Shown piece after piece: positions 13,355 to 26,015 of a stretch of 58,844 nt of DNA. The position numbers and the translations under genes were made by a program. The notes under the pieces are model-generated. The model searched no databases and had not been told where the DNA came from. It saw only the letters and a program-made list of their open reading frames with translations. The DNA is from Leucoraja ocellata (Eukaryota). Numbering within the stretch: the first letter of the stretch is position 1; the number at the start of each line of letters is the position of its first letter. The stretch is from NCBI GenBank assembly GCA_036785375.1, contig JAWMAR010004161.1:1-58844 (forward strand). The letters run 5' to 3'.

Positions 13355-13850
13355 ATATTAGAATATTCAACATTCATACCGCTGGGTTGTAAGCTGTCCA
13401 AGGAAATGAGATGCTGTTCCTCCAATTTGCATGTGGCCACACTCTGGCCATGGAGGAGGCCCAGGACAGAAAGGTCAGTATGGGAATGGGAAGGGGGGGG
13501 GTGAAAATGGATAGCAACCGGGAGATCCAGTAGGCCTCAGCAGACCGAGCATAAAGGTTCAGCGCAACGGTCACCGAGTCTACGCTTCGTCTTTCCAATA
13601 TACAGGAACCCACACCAGGAACACCGGATGCAATAGATGAGGTAGAAGAGGTGCAATTCCACCCCTTTCCACCTTCCACAGAGACTGCTCCCTCTGCACT
13701 TCCTTGGTTCACTCATCCCTTCCTACCAAAACCACCCACTGCACTGGTACTTTGCCCTGCAACCTCAGGAGATGCAACTCCTGTCCTTATATCTCTTCCC
13801 TCGACTCCATCCGCCAACCCTCAACAGTCCTTCCAGGTGGGACAGACCAC
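13355..13850. mobile_element. Penelope-like fragments in opposite orientations (junction about 13650)
   Basis: Similar to the GIY-YIG region of 18570-19340 on minus, then the adjacent region on plus. Confidence 0.65.
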
Positions 13851-14000
13851 CATCACTTCCTGCATAAGTCAGGTTGAGGACAGTCTTGAATTTCAGGCTT
13901 TATTTTGACACGTAATCCATGAATTCTGTGGAATTATTACTGTAACATCCAGAATCGCCACAGTTGGCTGAGCTGCTCAGCTCGCATGCAACAGTTCTCA

Positions 14001-14156
<156 letters not shown>

Positions 14157-14419
14157 TCAAAAGGGTAAATACCAAATATGCTCGATTGGTTGACTAACAC
14201 ATCTCTCCCAAACTTCTGAGCAAATACCAAATATTCTCTATCAACTGACTAACACAGTTCTCCCCAAAACAGAGAGCACAATATGCTGTGTGGATGGCAG
14301 GGAGTACAGGGCGATCAACACACAGTGACGTGTAGTGGCCGAATGTGGGACTGCGCTCTGGAAGTCCGCATTCTAATCATGTGGAGGACAAAGCTTCACT
14401 CAGTTTGCTGACCGTAGTT

Positions 14420-15370
14420 TTCTGTGAGAAAACCAAGGAGCGACACAGTGGAAAGTTAGAGCCACACCTGGCTTAGTGGCAGAATGAAGAATCAGGGTGG
14501 AAGGGTATTTGAGGGATCATAACCCATTGAGTTCCACAGTGCTCAGTATTCAGCCCCTTGCTCTCTGTAATACGCATTAATTATCCAGAAAATATAGAGA
14601 CCATGATAAAAATATTTGGAGATGATAAATTGACAGTAAGAAGAAGTCTTTAGGTGGTAGGAAGATACAGAGGATCAGATCAGTTGAGCAGATGAGTGCA
14701 AATGAGATGCGATCCAGAGGGTGATATATCTGGGGAGTTGCAACAAAGCAAAGGACATACAAGTAATGGGAGGAAACTGAGAGGGATGGAGAGACAGGGA
14801 TCCTTGGAGTGTTTGCCCACAGATCACTAAAAGATGAAACAGGTCATTAAAAAGCTTGCCTTTGTTGGCCAAGGCTATGAACAAAGGAGCAGGGAGGCTA
14901 TACTAGAACTGTTGCCAACACCTGTTAGACCCGAGCTTGAGTACTGTGTACTCACCACATTATCAGAGAATCATGGCTTTGATTGGATGGTTGCAGGGCA
15001 GATTTTACAAGGATGTTACGAAGACTGGAAAATTGAAGTTACATGGAAAGATTGGATGAGAGGGTTATTTGATCTGGAACAGTGCATGCTGAAGGGAACA
15101 TTATCTGTGGAGTATAAAATCATGGGATGCCCAGAGTAAACAGGAAGGACGTGCTTCCCTTAGCAGGATCGTAGAATCATTCTAAGTGATTGATTGAAGG
15201 ATTAGAGGGGAAATGAGAAATTCACTCCTGAAAGGTTGGCAGATCCAAAATTCGCAGCACATTTAAATATCCTTGAACGTGTGTTGAAGGGTCGTAGCCA
15301 CAGGGACACACACCGAGTGCCGAGGGTGAGATTAGATGGAGTAGCCTCCCCCTCCCCCATAGCACATGCT
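14420..15370 (+). mobile_element. Degraded CR1-type LINE
   Basis: VRPELEYCV and RDLGV-like remnants. Confidence 0.6.
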
Positions 15371-15383
15371 GGGCTGTCTAAAT

Positions 15384-15670
15384 CAGTGGTTCCCAACCTT
15401 TTTTAGCTCATGGCCCCTTTGGGATCTTTTAATTTTTCTGTAATTAACTTCAATATTATAATACCTTCCATAAAAATATCAGTGTCTATTAATTGCACAT
15501 ATATTCTCTTTTATTCGATTCCACAAACATCAAAAATATTTCAACTACATAGATTTAAATTTATTAGAACTGGAATTTAGGAGGCAACAGGGTGGTAGCT
15601 CTGTGCTCCCCTTCGTTGAACCTGTGGCCCCCCTGAAATTTGCCATATGGCCCCAGGTTGGGAATCACTG
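15384..15670. mobile_element. hAT-type MITE
   Basis: TIRs CAGTGGTTCCCAACCT / AGGTTGGGAATCACTG; 8-bp TSD GTCTAAAT at 15376-15383 and 15671-15678. Confidence 0.9.
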
Positions 15671-15881
15671 GTCTAAATGGCTTCCTTTTATGCCAAATTT
15701 TTCTCTGCTTCCAAAGCAGGTGACAAAGCATCGTGGAATCAGCGTTCGCATAAGCTGCTGTGCCAAGTATACAGTAGAGCAAGTGGAATGCTCTGTATTC
15801 TGAACATAAACCAAATTGTTGCTGATTAAAATGCAAAGCATAGATCAAAATATCAGATCATTTGATATTTTCCAATGTCTA

Positions 15882-16199
<318 letters not shown>

Positions 16200-16302
16200 C
16201 TAAATCAATTGCTTGAATGTTGTTACTTTCCTGAAGGCGACAGTTCATTGCATTACTACAGCGGGTTATGTAGTGGCCATTTGGCTTTAGAATCAGAACA
16301 TA

Positions 16303-16486
16303 GACAAAAGTGCTGGAGAAACTCAGCGGGTGCAGCAACATCTATGGAGCGAAGAAAATAGGCAACGTTTCGGCCCGAAACGTTGCCTATTTCCTTCGCT
16401 CCATAGATGCTGCTGCACCCGCTGAGTTTCTCCAGCACTTTTGTCCCCCTTCGATTTTCCAGCATCTGCAGTTCCTTCTTAAACAC
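16303..16486 (+). mobile_element. Fold-back Penelope-derived short insertion
   Basis: About 70-bp near-perfect inverted arms centred on GTTTCGGCCCGAAAC; 14-bp TSD AGAATCAGAACATA. Confidence 0.85.
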
Positions 16487-18073
16487 AGAATCAGAACATA
16501 CCCTGGCACCATGGAAAAACCTTGTGCTTGCTGGAAAGGGTGTGAGTAATCTCATCAATATTCTGCACATCCAGAAGAGAACACAGGCCAATGGGCCAGC
16601 GGTCAAGGGCAACAGACATGCTGATCTCAGACACTGACACTTGATTCTAATTTGGAGCAAAGAAAATAGGGAAACCCCACACCTTCAAGGTCAGATTACC
16701 TTATGTAGATACCAGTAAATAGTTGCACTGTGGTAAATAAATCTTCTACACACATAAAGGTGGATAGAGGGGTGAGGGGAGACAGAGACCTTTGTTTGTC
16801 CACAGATTCTTCAGAGGAAGCAGCGGTTGAGACGCCTGCCCACTCCGTGACTCCGTAACATTGTCAGGTCCAATTAAAATATTTCCACTCTCTACGTTCA
16901 GATTCACAGTACATTAATGGTGAGGTAATTTGCACAGGAATAAATTTGCCTATAATCCCTAAAGAAAAACAGTACATGTGTTCACAAAGATGTGGGAATC
17001 CCCATAGTAATGGCGGGTGGTAATGGTGGAGAGGGGGAGAGAGGGTGGGAGCAGAAGGGTCTGGAGTTGGTGCTAATTACAAGTGATCGCTTGCTGTTTC
17101 TCGATCTATCAAGTTCACTTTAGGCATCACCAGCTAGGAGCAAATGCTTAGTTGTTTCACAGCTTTTTCACAATAGTATTTTTCTGGATCCTATAATAGC
17201 CACAATTAACGGTACTGGGGTGATGCTGGTTAGAGAGTTGTAATTATACACCACAGAAACATGAATAATGTATTTAATGCTAAATTTAAGGCCAGTCAAA
17301 TCTCTATGTTCCGTGAATTACACCTCCGCTCAAGTCTGTTCAACAGCCGAGTGGTCGAGGGCATTTGACAAAAGGACAAGTGATACTTGCCACCATGTGT
17401 CTTCTAGTCATTCGGTGGGGGCCTGGGTTGAAATTCCACTTCTGACATTACTACTTGGGCTCAAAGTAGCGCAGAATTTAGAGCTGCTGCCTGACAGATC
17501 CTGACGCCCACTTTGGATCCTGACCTCTGCTGCTCTGGTTGTGAGTTTGCAGGTTTTCTTGTGTCTTTTTGGGCGTATTCCCCATGTGTTCCACTTTACT
17601 ACCATGTGTCAAAGACTTGTCGGCTGCTGAGCTGACGCACATTGTCGATGATGTGCAGGTTGATGGCAGGGGACAAGAGGGGGGTTGCTGGGTGAGGAGA
17701 AGCGTGTTAAAAAAAGATGCATAAAGTGCATCAGTACAGATTGGTGTTTATTGGTCAGCATGACCCCAGTGGGCTGAAGGGCCTGTTTCTGTGGTGTATG
17801 ATTACGACTCTCGAACCAGCATCACTCAAATTCACTCCCGTAGAAGACACTTGGTAGTGATCAGGGGATGGGATTACTGGCTCATTTCCTCCCCTCCAGT
17901 CCAGTGTGCTATGTAAGTGAGCACCTGAACACTGGCCACGAACTGGACAGATCAATAAATGGCTGGGCATTCCTGGTCTAACTGGGTCCTCATATGCCTC
18001 CACTCATTGATGTACTCAGTCACTTTTAACTTGTTCGGTCCAATATAAAAAAGGCAAACATCACAAAACACAC

Positions 18074-18148
18074 CATTAAAGGAGAGGTTGATGGCCTCCA
18101 GGTAGTTTCCTTGTGCTGCTGTAGAGTTTTGTCCACGTGGAAAATCAT
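18074..18148 (-). CDS. DEPDC5: DEPDC5 coding exon 13 (75 nt)
   Basis: cctcag| [25 protein letters not shown] |gtgtgt. Confidence 0.95.
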
Positions 18149-18473
18149 CTGAGGAGGAAAGAACAGCTGAAGTAGAATGACAACGGTTTTGTTGTGTTAC
18201 AGTTCTTTCACCAACCGCAACAGCTGGTTATCACACTCTCTGTAAAACCTGCACAAGTGGAAGTGGCATTCAGAAATCGCATTCAGCATTAAGACACCAA
18301 TGGCACACTGGTGACTGACCGAGTAAAGGTATGCTTCCTTGCACTGGAGCTCCACCTGAAATGGCTTGAGCAGTGTTTTACTCCACTTCTTGATGGCCTC
18401 ATTCAGATTTCCAGCAAGGTTGATATCATAAAGAAAGCTGGAGCATTCCCTGACTTTGGAAATCATGTAGTGG

Positions 18474-19340
18474 GTAGACAAAAGTGCTGGAGAAACTCAG
18501 CGGGTGCCGCAGCATCTATGGAGCGAAGGAAATAGGCAATGTTTCGGGCCGAAACCTTCTTCAGACTGATCTAGGGTGGAGGGGGGGGCGAGGAGAAGAA
18601 AGTAGAAAGGAAGAGGAGGAGCCCGAGGGCTGAGGGAGAGCAGAGAAGGGGAGGAGACAGCAAGGGCTACCGGAAATTGGAGAAGTCAATGTTTATGCCG
18701 CTAGGGTGCAAACTGCCCAAGCAGAATATGAGGTGCCGCTCCTCCAATTTCCGGTGGTGCTCACTCTAGCCATGGAGGAGGCCCAGGACAAAAAGGTCAG
18801 ATTCAGAATTGAAGGGAGAGTTGAAGTGCTGAGCCACAGGGAGATCAGGTTGGTTAATGCAGACCGAGCGGAGGTGTTCGGCGAAACGATCGCCAAGCCT
18901 ACGCTTGGTCTCACCGATGTAGATCAGCTGACATCTAGAGCAGTGGATGCAGTAGATGAGGTTGGAGGAGATCCAGGTGAACCTCTGTCATACCTGGAAT
19001 GACTGATTGGGTCCTTGAATGGAGTCGAGGGGGGAGGTAAAGCGCCAAGTGTAGCATCTCTTGCGGTTGCTAGGGAAAGTGCCCGGGGAGGGGGTGGTGC
19101 GGGAGGGAAAGGAAGAATTGACCAGGGAGTTACGGAGGGAGCGGTCTTTGCAGAAAGCAGACGGGGGGAGATGGGAAGATGTGGCGAGTGGTGGGGTCAC
19201 ATTGGAGGTGGCGGAAATGACGGAGGATTATTTGTTGTATGTGACGGCTGGTGGGGTGAAAGGTGAGGACTAGGGGGACTTTGCCCTTGTTACGAGTGGG
19301 GGGATGGGGAGAAAGAGCAGTGTTGCGGGGTATGGAAGAT
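18474..19340 (-). mobile_element. Penelope-like retroelement 3' part (GIY-YIG endonuclease region, terminal repeat with hammerhead core)
   Basis: VPLVLTFHPTS..IILRHFRHLQ, then SNLIYCIHCSRCQLIYIGETKRRLGDRFAEHLRSV; CTGAAGA..GAAAC near 18540-18566. Confidence 0.88.
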
Positions 19341-19706
19341 TCCCCTCTGCTCACCTATCGCCTCTACAAAACACACAACTGCAACAAGGCTCTCGGGCCA
19401 TCTCTTTGAGCTGAGTAAGATGGTGCGACTGTGAACAAAAGGCTGTATTCCTCAGCTAGTCTGGCGACATATTGTTTTGAAATGCTCAATGCCTTTTGGG
19501 GAACTAGATAATTACAGCGCAATACTGAAATCTGTTACTTTGATGAAAAGTCTCTCCTAAAACTAAACTAAAAGGCAAAGCAAGCAAGGACTTCTGAGAA
19601 ATGATCAAATGATACAGTAAATGGAATCTTTGGACCAATCACTCCAGAAATGTTCCCATTTAATTCAGCAGTTACGTCGTTTATTGTCCCAACTTTAAAT
19701 TAATAC

Positions 19707-19810
19707 CTGCTTCTTGCAGTCGCACCAGCACTGGGTACTGGATGAAGAGCTTTTTAATTGTTGTAAGTAGTGACGTCCACTCTTCCCGTCTTTCATTCTG
19801 GGCTACAACT
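19707..19810 (-). CDS. DEPDC5: DEPDC5 coding exon 12 (104 nt)
   Basis: ctcaag| [34 protein letters not shown] |gtatt. Confidence 0.95.
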
Positions 19811-19888
19811 CTTGAGAAAGTGGAACAGCAATGGTTAGAAACAAATAAAGAAAATCAAATCCAAAAACAACACTGCTGGTTTATGAAA

Positions 19889-19986
19889 GGTAGACAATAG
19901 TGCTGGAGAAACTCAGCGGGTGCAGCAGCATCTATGGAGCGGAGGAAATAGGCAACGTTTCAGGCCGAAACCCTTCTTCAGACTGA
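19889..19986 (-). mobile_element. Short Penelope-derived element with minimal hammerhead core
   Basis: Reverse strand CTGAAGA-A-GGGT-TTCG-GCCT-GAAACGTT-GCCTA. Confidence 0.75.
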
Positions 19987-20244
19987 ATTTATTTATACTC
20001 CAACACAATTTTCACAATTTCTACTCCAACCCAATTTTATGACGTCAATAAATTTGGTGATATTACATTTAATTCCCTCATGTAAATGACAAATATATAT
20101 TATAGCTGGGATCCTGGCACTAATCCCAGTGGTACCCCATCAATCATACCGTGACAAACGGCTGAGGGACAGTCCAGACAGAGATCCACATGATCCACAA
20201 AGTGGAAGGCAAAGAGAAATAAGTAAATCGTATTGAAAACTCAC

Positions 20245-20317
20245 TTATAAAAGTCTTCGTAGAACCTTCCCTCGTGATCCTGTTGAATATAGGATCGGTG
20301 AGTCTCAGGAAATTCAT
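20245..20317 (-). CDS. DEPDC5: DEPDC5 coding exon 11 (73 nt)
   Basis: ttacag| DEFPETHRSYIQQDHEGRFYEDFYK |gtgag. Confidence 0.95.
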
Positions 20318-21526
20318 CTGTAAGCAACACAACTGGTCAGGAGCAGAGTCCGGTCAAAATACAGGCGACATCTTGTGAAAGCAGAAGGATGGAATCGCAG
20401 AGGGTTTGAATCGGTGAACAGCCACACAAATACACTGCCCACTCAACAGTCCTGTCTTACAATGAGAAGAGCCAGATTCAATATTTGTCCCATTTAAGAA
20501 GCCAACAGGGCAGTGCTGATGATCGGGGGGGGGGGGGGGGGGGGGGGAATAGAACAGGTTTTGTGCACAAAATATCTCACATCAACAGTGGAAATTAATA
20601 AGTGGCTGAGAGTTACAGTTGGAAGCATTGGAGGGCAAGATTTGTTCTCTAACCCTTGTATGTTATCAGCCTCTGCAGGTGATGTGGACTTGGGTAAAGA
20701 AACAGAATGTTGGAATTTACTGTTGAGATAGAGATAGGTTTAATAAATAGTAAAATGCATAAAAGACATCAGAAATAAATCAGGTTCATAGAATCTGTAG
20801 ATAGGAAGCAAAGTAATTTGATATGGATTGGTGTATTATACTTGGAGGGGGCACAAGGCAGTGGGTATACAAAAGAAAGTGAATGACAGAACGGTTACAA
20901 AAATACACATATGGAATGTGAATGACAGAGCATCAGTTGCCTAAGCAGAGGTGTAGACTGCCAGGTGAAAGGCTGGTAACGAGGTTGTACACAGCAACGA
21001 CAAGGTCAGAGTACCATGTGTGGGCATTCATTAAAGAAAAAAAGTGAGGGAATACATAAAGACACAGACCGTTACCTGAAGATCCTTTCAATGACCCATA
21101 ATTAAGCAAAATTGATTATGATTTTTTTTAACCTGGTTCCAGTAATTTTATAGAACTGAAAGCAATTTAACTTTGTGCTAGATGGACTTCACTGTGGCTC
21201 ACAACCAAAATGACATTAAAATAGCAAAATAGTGTGACTTCCTGGGCTAAACAGTGTTCAATAGGAAGAACATACTTGGTTTGGAGAAGGACAAAAATTA
21301 AATAGACGATGTTCTAAACTTGGGTACCGTTCTATTAAGGACAAAGTTGTCTGGGGGAGTAGGTACATCTGTCTTCACAAAAGTGAGGGATGATGCTGAT
21401 ATTGTGGTTAAGGAGAAAATGTGTAAAACATGGGCGGGGATTAACACAGTTAAAGGGGGGTTATTAAGAGTCTTAGAATGTTTTTGAAAGTAAATAGACC
21501 ACCAGGACCAGACAGCATATATCTCA

Positions 21527-21614
21527 AGAAGGGTCTCGACCCGAAACGTCACCCGTTCCTTCTCTCCAGAGATGCTGCCTGTCCCACTGAGTTACTCTAG
21601 CATTTTGTGTCTAC
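21527..21614 (+). mobile_element. Short Penelope-derived element, 5'-truncated within the hammerhead core
   Basis: 14-bp TSD CAGCATATATCTCA at 21513-21526 and 21615-21628. Confidence 0.85.
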
Positions 21615-22258
21615 CAGCATATATCTCAGGCTGTTAAATGTTTCAGAGTCCTTGACTGTCATTCTCCAATCGCCTAGACAAATAAGGAGGACATTAGAAT
21701 ATATGTCCTCAAGAGGTAGCAGGACAGGTGAATAAAATCTGCTTCTCTGCTAATCAGGATTTTGATTTATTAGCAGGGAAGTTAGGCTAGAACTGTGCAC
21801 AACTGCAGTGTTTCAGTACTGCATACAGTTCTGCTCATGACGTTACAGGAAAGGTGTAATTGCACTAGAGAGGGTGCAGAGGAGGTTTACAAGGCATTGC
21901 AGGAATGGAAAATTGAAACTGAGAAGATTGAATTGCTAGGGAAAAGATTGGGGGAGAATCAGTGGAGATGCATTAAATTGCGAGGTGTCCACACAGGGGG
22001 AACATATCTCTCTTAGCTGAGGGGTATCTGGTGGGGGTGGCAACACAGATACCATCAGCACATTTAAGAAATGCATGCATGAGCTGTAACCTGCTGAGAT
22101 CCACACCTCGTCCTGGAAGGTGGGATACACCTGAGAAGCTCTTTTCCAATTGCACAAACATGATGGGCCAAATGGCCTCCACCAGATATTGCATTTTCTC
22201 CAATTCCTACTGAGGTTGTCATCAGGCCCCTCTTTGACAGATTTAAGGACAAACTCAC

Positions 22259-22328
22259 CAGCTGACTTGGTATCATAGAAGGTTCTAGAAAACAAAACCA
22301 CCGTCACTTCATGGCTGCAATTCTTCTC
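22259..22328 (-). CDS. DEPDC5: DEPDC5 coding exon 10 (70 nt)
   Basis: ttttag| [23 protein letters not shown] |gtgag. Confidence 0.96.
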
Positions 22329-22431
22329 CTAAAATTAAAGTATAGTAAAAAAAAAACATTAAAAAATTGTGATTGAACTGTCTTGCCTGATAAGCGATGC
22401 ATATTGTGATAAAAATCGCGAAAAATTGGAA

Positions 22432-22701
22432 GCATGGTGGCGCAATGGTAGAGTTGCTGCCTTACAGTGCCAAAGACCCAGGTTCGATCCTGACTACAGG
22501 AGCTGTCTGTATGGAGTTCGTACGTTCTCCCCGTGACCTGTGTGGGTTTTCTCCACGAGCTCTGGTTCCCTCCCACACTACAAAGACGTACAGATTTGTA
22601 AGCTAATTGGCTTGGTAAAATTGTAATTTGTCCCTGGAGTCTGTAGGATAGTGTTAGTGGGCACGGTTCGCAGACTCGGTGGGCCGAATGGCCTGTTTCC
22701 G
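22432..22701 (+). mobile_element. HE1/V-SINE-type SINE
   Basis: A box GGTGGCGCAATGG, B box GGTTCGATCC, V-core. Confidence 0.88.
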
Positions 22702-23370
22702 TTCACAACTCTCTGGGTGAAAAAGGTTTTCCTCATCTCAGTCCTAAATGGCCTACCCCTTATTCTTAAACTGTGATCCCTTGGTTCTGTACTCCCCCAA
22801 CATCGGCAACAATTTTCCTGCATCTACCATGTCTAATCCTCTAAGAATTTTAGGTTTCTTTAAGATCCCCTCTCATCCTTCTAAATTCCAGCGAATACAA
22901 GCCAATTCGACCCATTCTTTCATCATGTCAGTCCTGCCATCCCGAGAATTAACCTGGTGAACCTACGCTGCACTCCCTCAATAGCAATAATGTCCTTCCT
23001 CAAATTAGGAGACCAAAATTGCACACAATACTCCAGGTGCAGTCTCACAAGTGCCCTGTACAACTGCAGTAGGACCTCCTTGCTCAAATCCTCTCGCAAT
23101 GAAGGCCAACATGCCATTAGCTTTCTTCACTGCCTGCTGCACCTGCATGTTTACTTTCAATGACTGATGTACAAGCACACCCAGGTCTCATTGCACCTTC
23201 TCTTATCCTAATCTGACACCATTCAGATAATAATCTGCCTTCCTTTTCTTGCCACCAAAGTGAATAACCTCACATTTATCCACATTATACTGCATCTGCC
23301 ATGCTTTTGCCCACTCAAGCATCTGCCATGCTTCTGACCCATCCAAGTCACCCTGCAGCCTCATAGCAAC
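22702..23370 (-). mobile_element. CR1-type LINE RT/C-terminal fragment
   Basis: LYRALVRLHLEYCVQFWSPNLRKDIIAIEGVQRRFTRLI; HSLRIRGRPFRTEMRKTFFTQRVV. Confidence 0.9.
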
Positions 23371-23828
23371 CAACCAAGACGTTTCAGATTGTGATGGTGC
23401 ATTTTAGTGTCCCTTCTGAAGTCCCAAGGTACCTCGTGGATGCCCAGTTTTCAGCTGCCATACCTGTACTGAGTCTATCCCATTTAGCACGATTGTAGTT
23501 CTACACAAGTCAATGGAAAGTGTCCTTGGTGCAAAGATAGGTCTTTGTCTCGAAAATGGACCATGTAATGGTCTCATGGATAGATGTATCTGGCACAGGT
23601 AAGTTGGTGAACCCACAGTCCCGATCTGCTGTGCTTCTTTGACCACTACCTGCTCCAGATGCAATCAGGCAGCCAAGTCCTTCGTAGCTTGGTCGTGAGT
23701 AGTGAACCAACCCTCTCTTGGATGGATACGGTCCCCAAGCCAGAATAGATTCAATGCCCTTGATCTTTCAGTGCTTCTTCCAAGCATCATAAGTCAATGG
23801 CAGGAAACCACAAACCCCACATCGGTCA

Positions 23829-24107
<279 letters not shown>

Positions 24108-24871
24108 TCAATGGCCTGACAGCATTACTGTCGAAACAGCAATACTAATCTTTGCCCATTTGTTCACAACATAAATAAAAACAACACAAATACAAAATCT
24201 TCTCAGAAATATTTGTGCACTTGAAAAAGCAGCGTCAGGTTAAACAAACATTTAAATATCTAATTTTCCTCTGAATGAAGCAGCGGCAAACATATTGTGA
24301 CATGGCTTCTCATTTTCGGAACACACAGGGATGACACGATAAACAGCTCAAACTAACGAAAGCACGATGGAAACTGGCTTACAGATGCGGTACTAAAAAA
24401 GGAAATACTTTTATACAAATTAAATTTTGAGAAAGGAAGACAAAATAGAACCTATATATTATAGAACGGTGGATTTCAAAAAGTTCCATTCATCTTCAAT
24501 TTTCAGTTTCCCAGCTATGGGACCTGACCTTACAGGGAGGGCTGTCTCAGCAAGATTAAAGCACAGTGCCGCATACATAACATGCTCATGCCAGTAAACT
24601 TGGATAATGAACAGAAAAGCTCATTTCACCCAACACTGCTCTTCCATTTAATAAGCTTTTGGCTATTATTTTGCTTATTACTTTCAAGCAAGAGTTAACA
24701 CAGTGCAAGTGCAGTCAGACAGCAAAAGTGACTTTAATGTTCACTGAAGCATTATTGAGCAAAACACAAAGTGCTGGATGAACTGAGCAGGTCAGGCAGC
24801 ATCTGTGAAGGAAATGGACTGACAACACTTTGAGTCGGGCTGGACTCGAAATGATGTCTGTCCATTCCCAT

Positions 24872-25462
24872 TGCAACCTTGTCGTGGTCGGGGAGCTTGT
24901 GTGTCTCAGTGACCTCTAGAGCTATGCCAGTGGGAGATTCGTCTCCTGTTAGGGTCTCCCATGCTGGACAGGTCGAAGGGTAGCGGCGAGACGAAGAGCG
25001 ATCCACTGGTCCTCCAGGTTGGAGGTTGAGCACAGGGCTAACATCCCTGTCTCGAAAAACAAATATGTTACGGAAACAGCAACTGAAGGAATCAACACTA
25101 CTGGGCGTGATGGACTTCCAGGGCTATTGACAGATGCTAGGATGAATGTCAATGGTGAAAGCTGAAAGGAAGCCACTGGCAGGAAGGTGGAAGTTCTAAA
25201 TGCCAAACATAAGAAGGCGCTGGAACTGGATTGGCCATATACTGAGAAGAGAACTAGACAGCATCCCAAGAATAGCCCTGCACTGGACACCGGAAGGGAA
25301 AAGGAAAAGAGGGAGACCCAAAACCACCTGGCGTCGAACTGTAGAGGAAATGAAAACAATGGACCTGACCCTGGGGTAGTGTCCAGAACCTAGCCCAGAA
25401 CACACAGGACCTTCGATGCTGCCCTACATACCAGGAGGCAAAATAGGCAGTAATAGGTAGTA
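24872..25462 (+). mobile_element. Internally deleted RTE-clade retroelement (5'UTR plus 3' end)
   Basis: 5' ACCTTGTCGTGG..GAGCTATGCC..AGGGTCTCCCA resembles RTE 5'UTRs; 3' part encodes [35 protein letters not shown]. Confidence 0.7.
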
Positions 25463-25659
25463 TTCTCTCCAGAGATGCTGCCTGACCTGTTGAGTTACTC
25501 CTGCACTTTGTGTTTTGCTCTTGATTCCAGCATCTGCAGTTCCTTGTCTCTCCTGAAGCATTATAATTCAGAAGACAAATCATGAAACAAAAATCCTAAA
25601 GTGCTTCTCTATCGATGCTGCGGGCATATATTTCCCAACTACAGTGTACATTTCCTCAC

Positions 25660-25738
25660 CATAGATGTCGAAGTCCCACATCTCACAGCTCATTTGGATG
25701 AAAATGTAAACCATTGCAGAAGTAGATCGGAACACCAC
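25660..25738 (-). CDS. DEPDC5: DEPDC5 coding exon 8 (79 nt), start of SABA domain region
   Basis: caaag| [26 protein letters not shown] |gtgag. Confidence 0.96.
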
Positions 25739-25952
25739 CTTTGAAATGGACACCAATAATGTTACATCATAATTAAAATACTTTCCCAAAACTCTTTCCC
25801 CACGCAAATGCAATGATTTTACTGGGAGATGTTGGTGATACAGATGCACAGTAGAAAGCATCTTATCTGGAGCATAACCGCATGAACAAAACACAAAGTG
25901 CTGGAATAACTCAGTGGATCAGGCTGCATTTCTGGAGGACATGGATAGGATA

Positions 25953-26015
25953 CTATCAGGTTGGGACCCTTCTATCAGGTTGGGACCCTTCTATCAGGTT
26001 GGGACTATCAGGTTG
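25953..26015. repeat. 19-bp tandem repeat (CTATCAGGTTGGGACCCTT), 2 full plus 2 partial units
   Basis: Read directly. Confidence 0.9.

Noticed and set aside
22432-22510. tRNA-like A/B boxes
   Set aside because: These are SINE heads continuing into the V-core and LINE tail, not tRNA genes.
25953-26015. CRISPR-like repeats
   Set aside because: Head-to-tail units without spacers, in a vertebrate intron.
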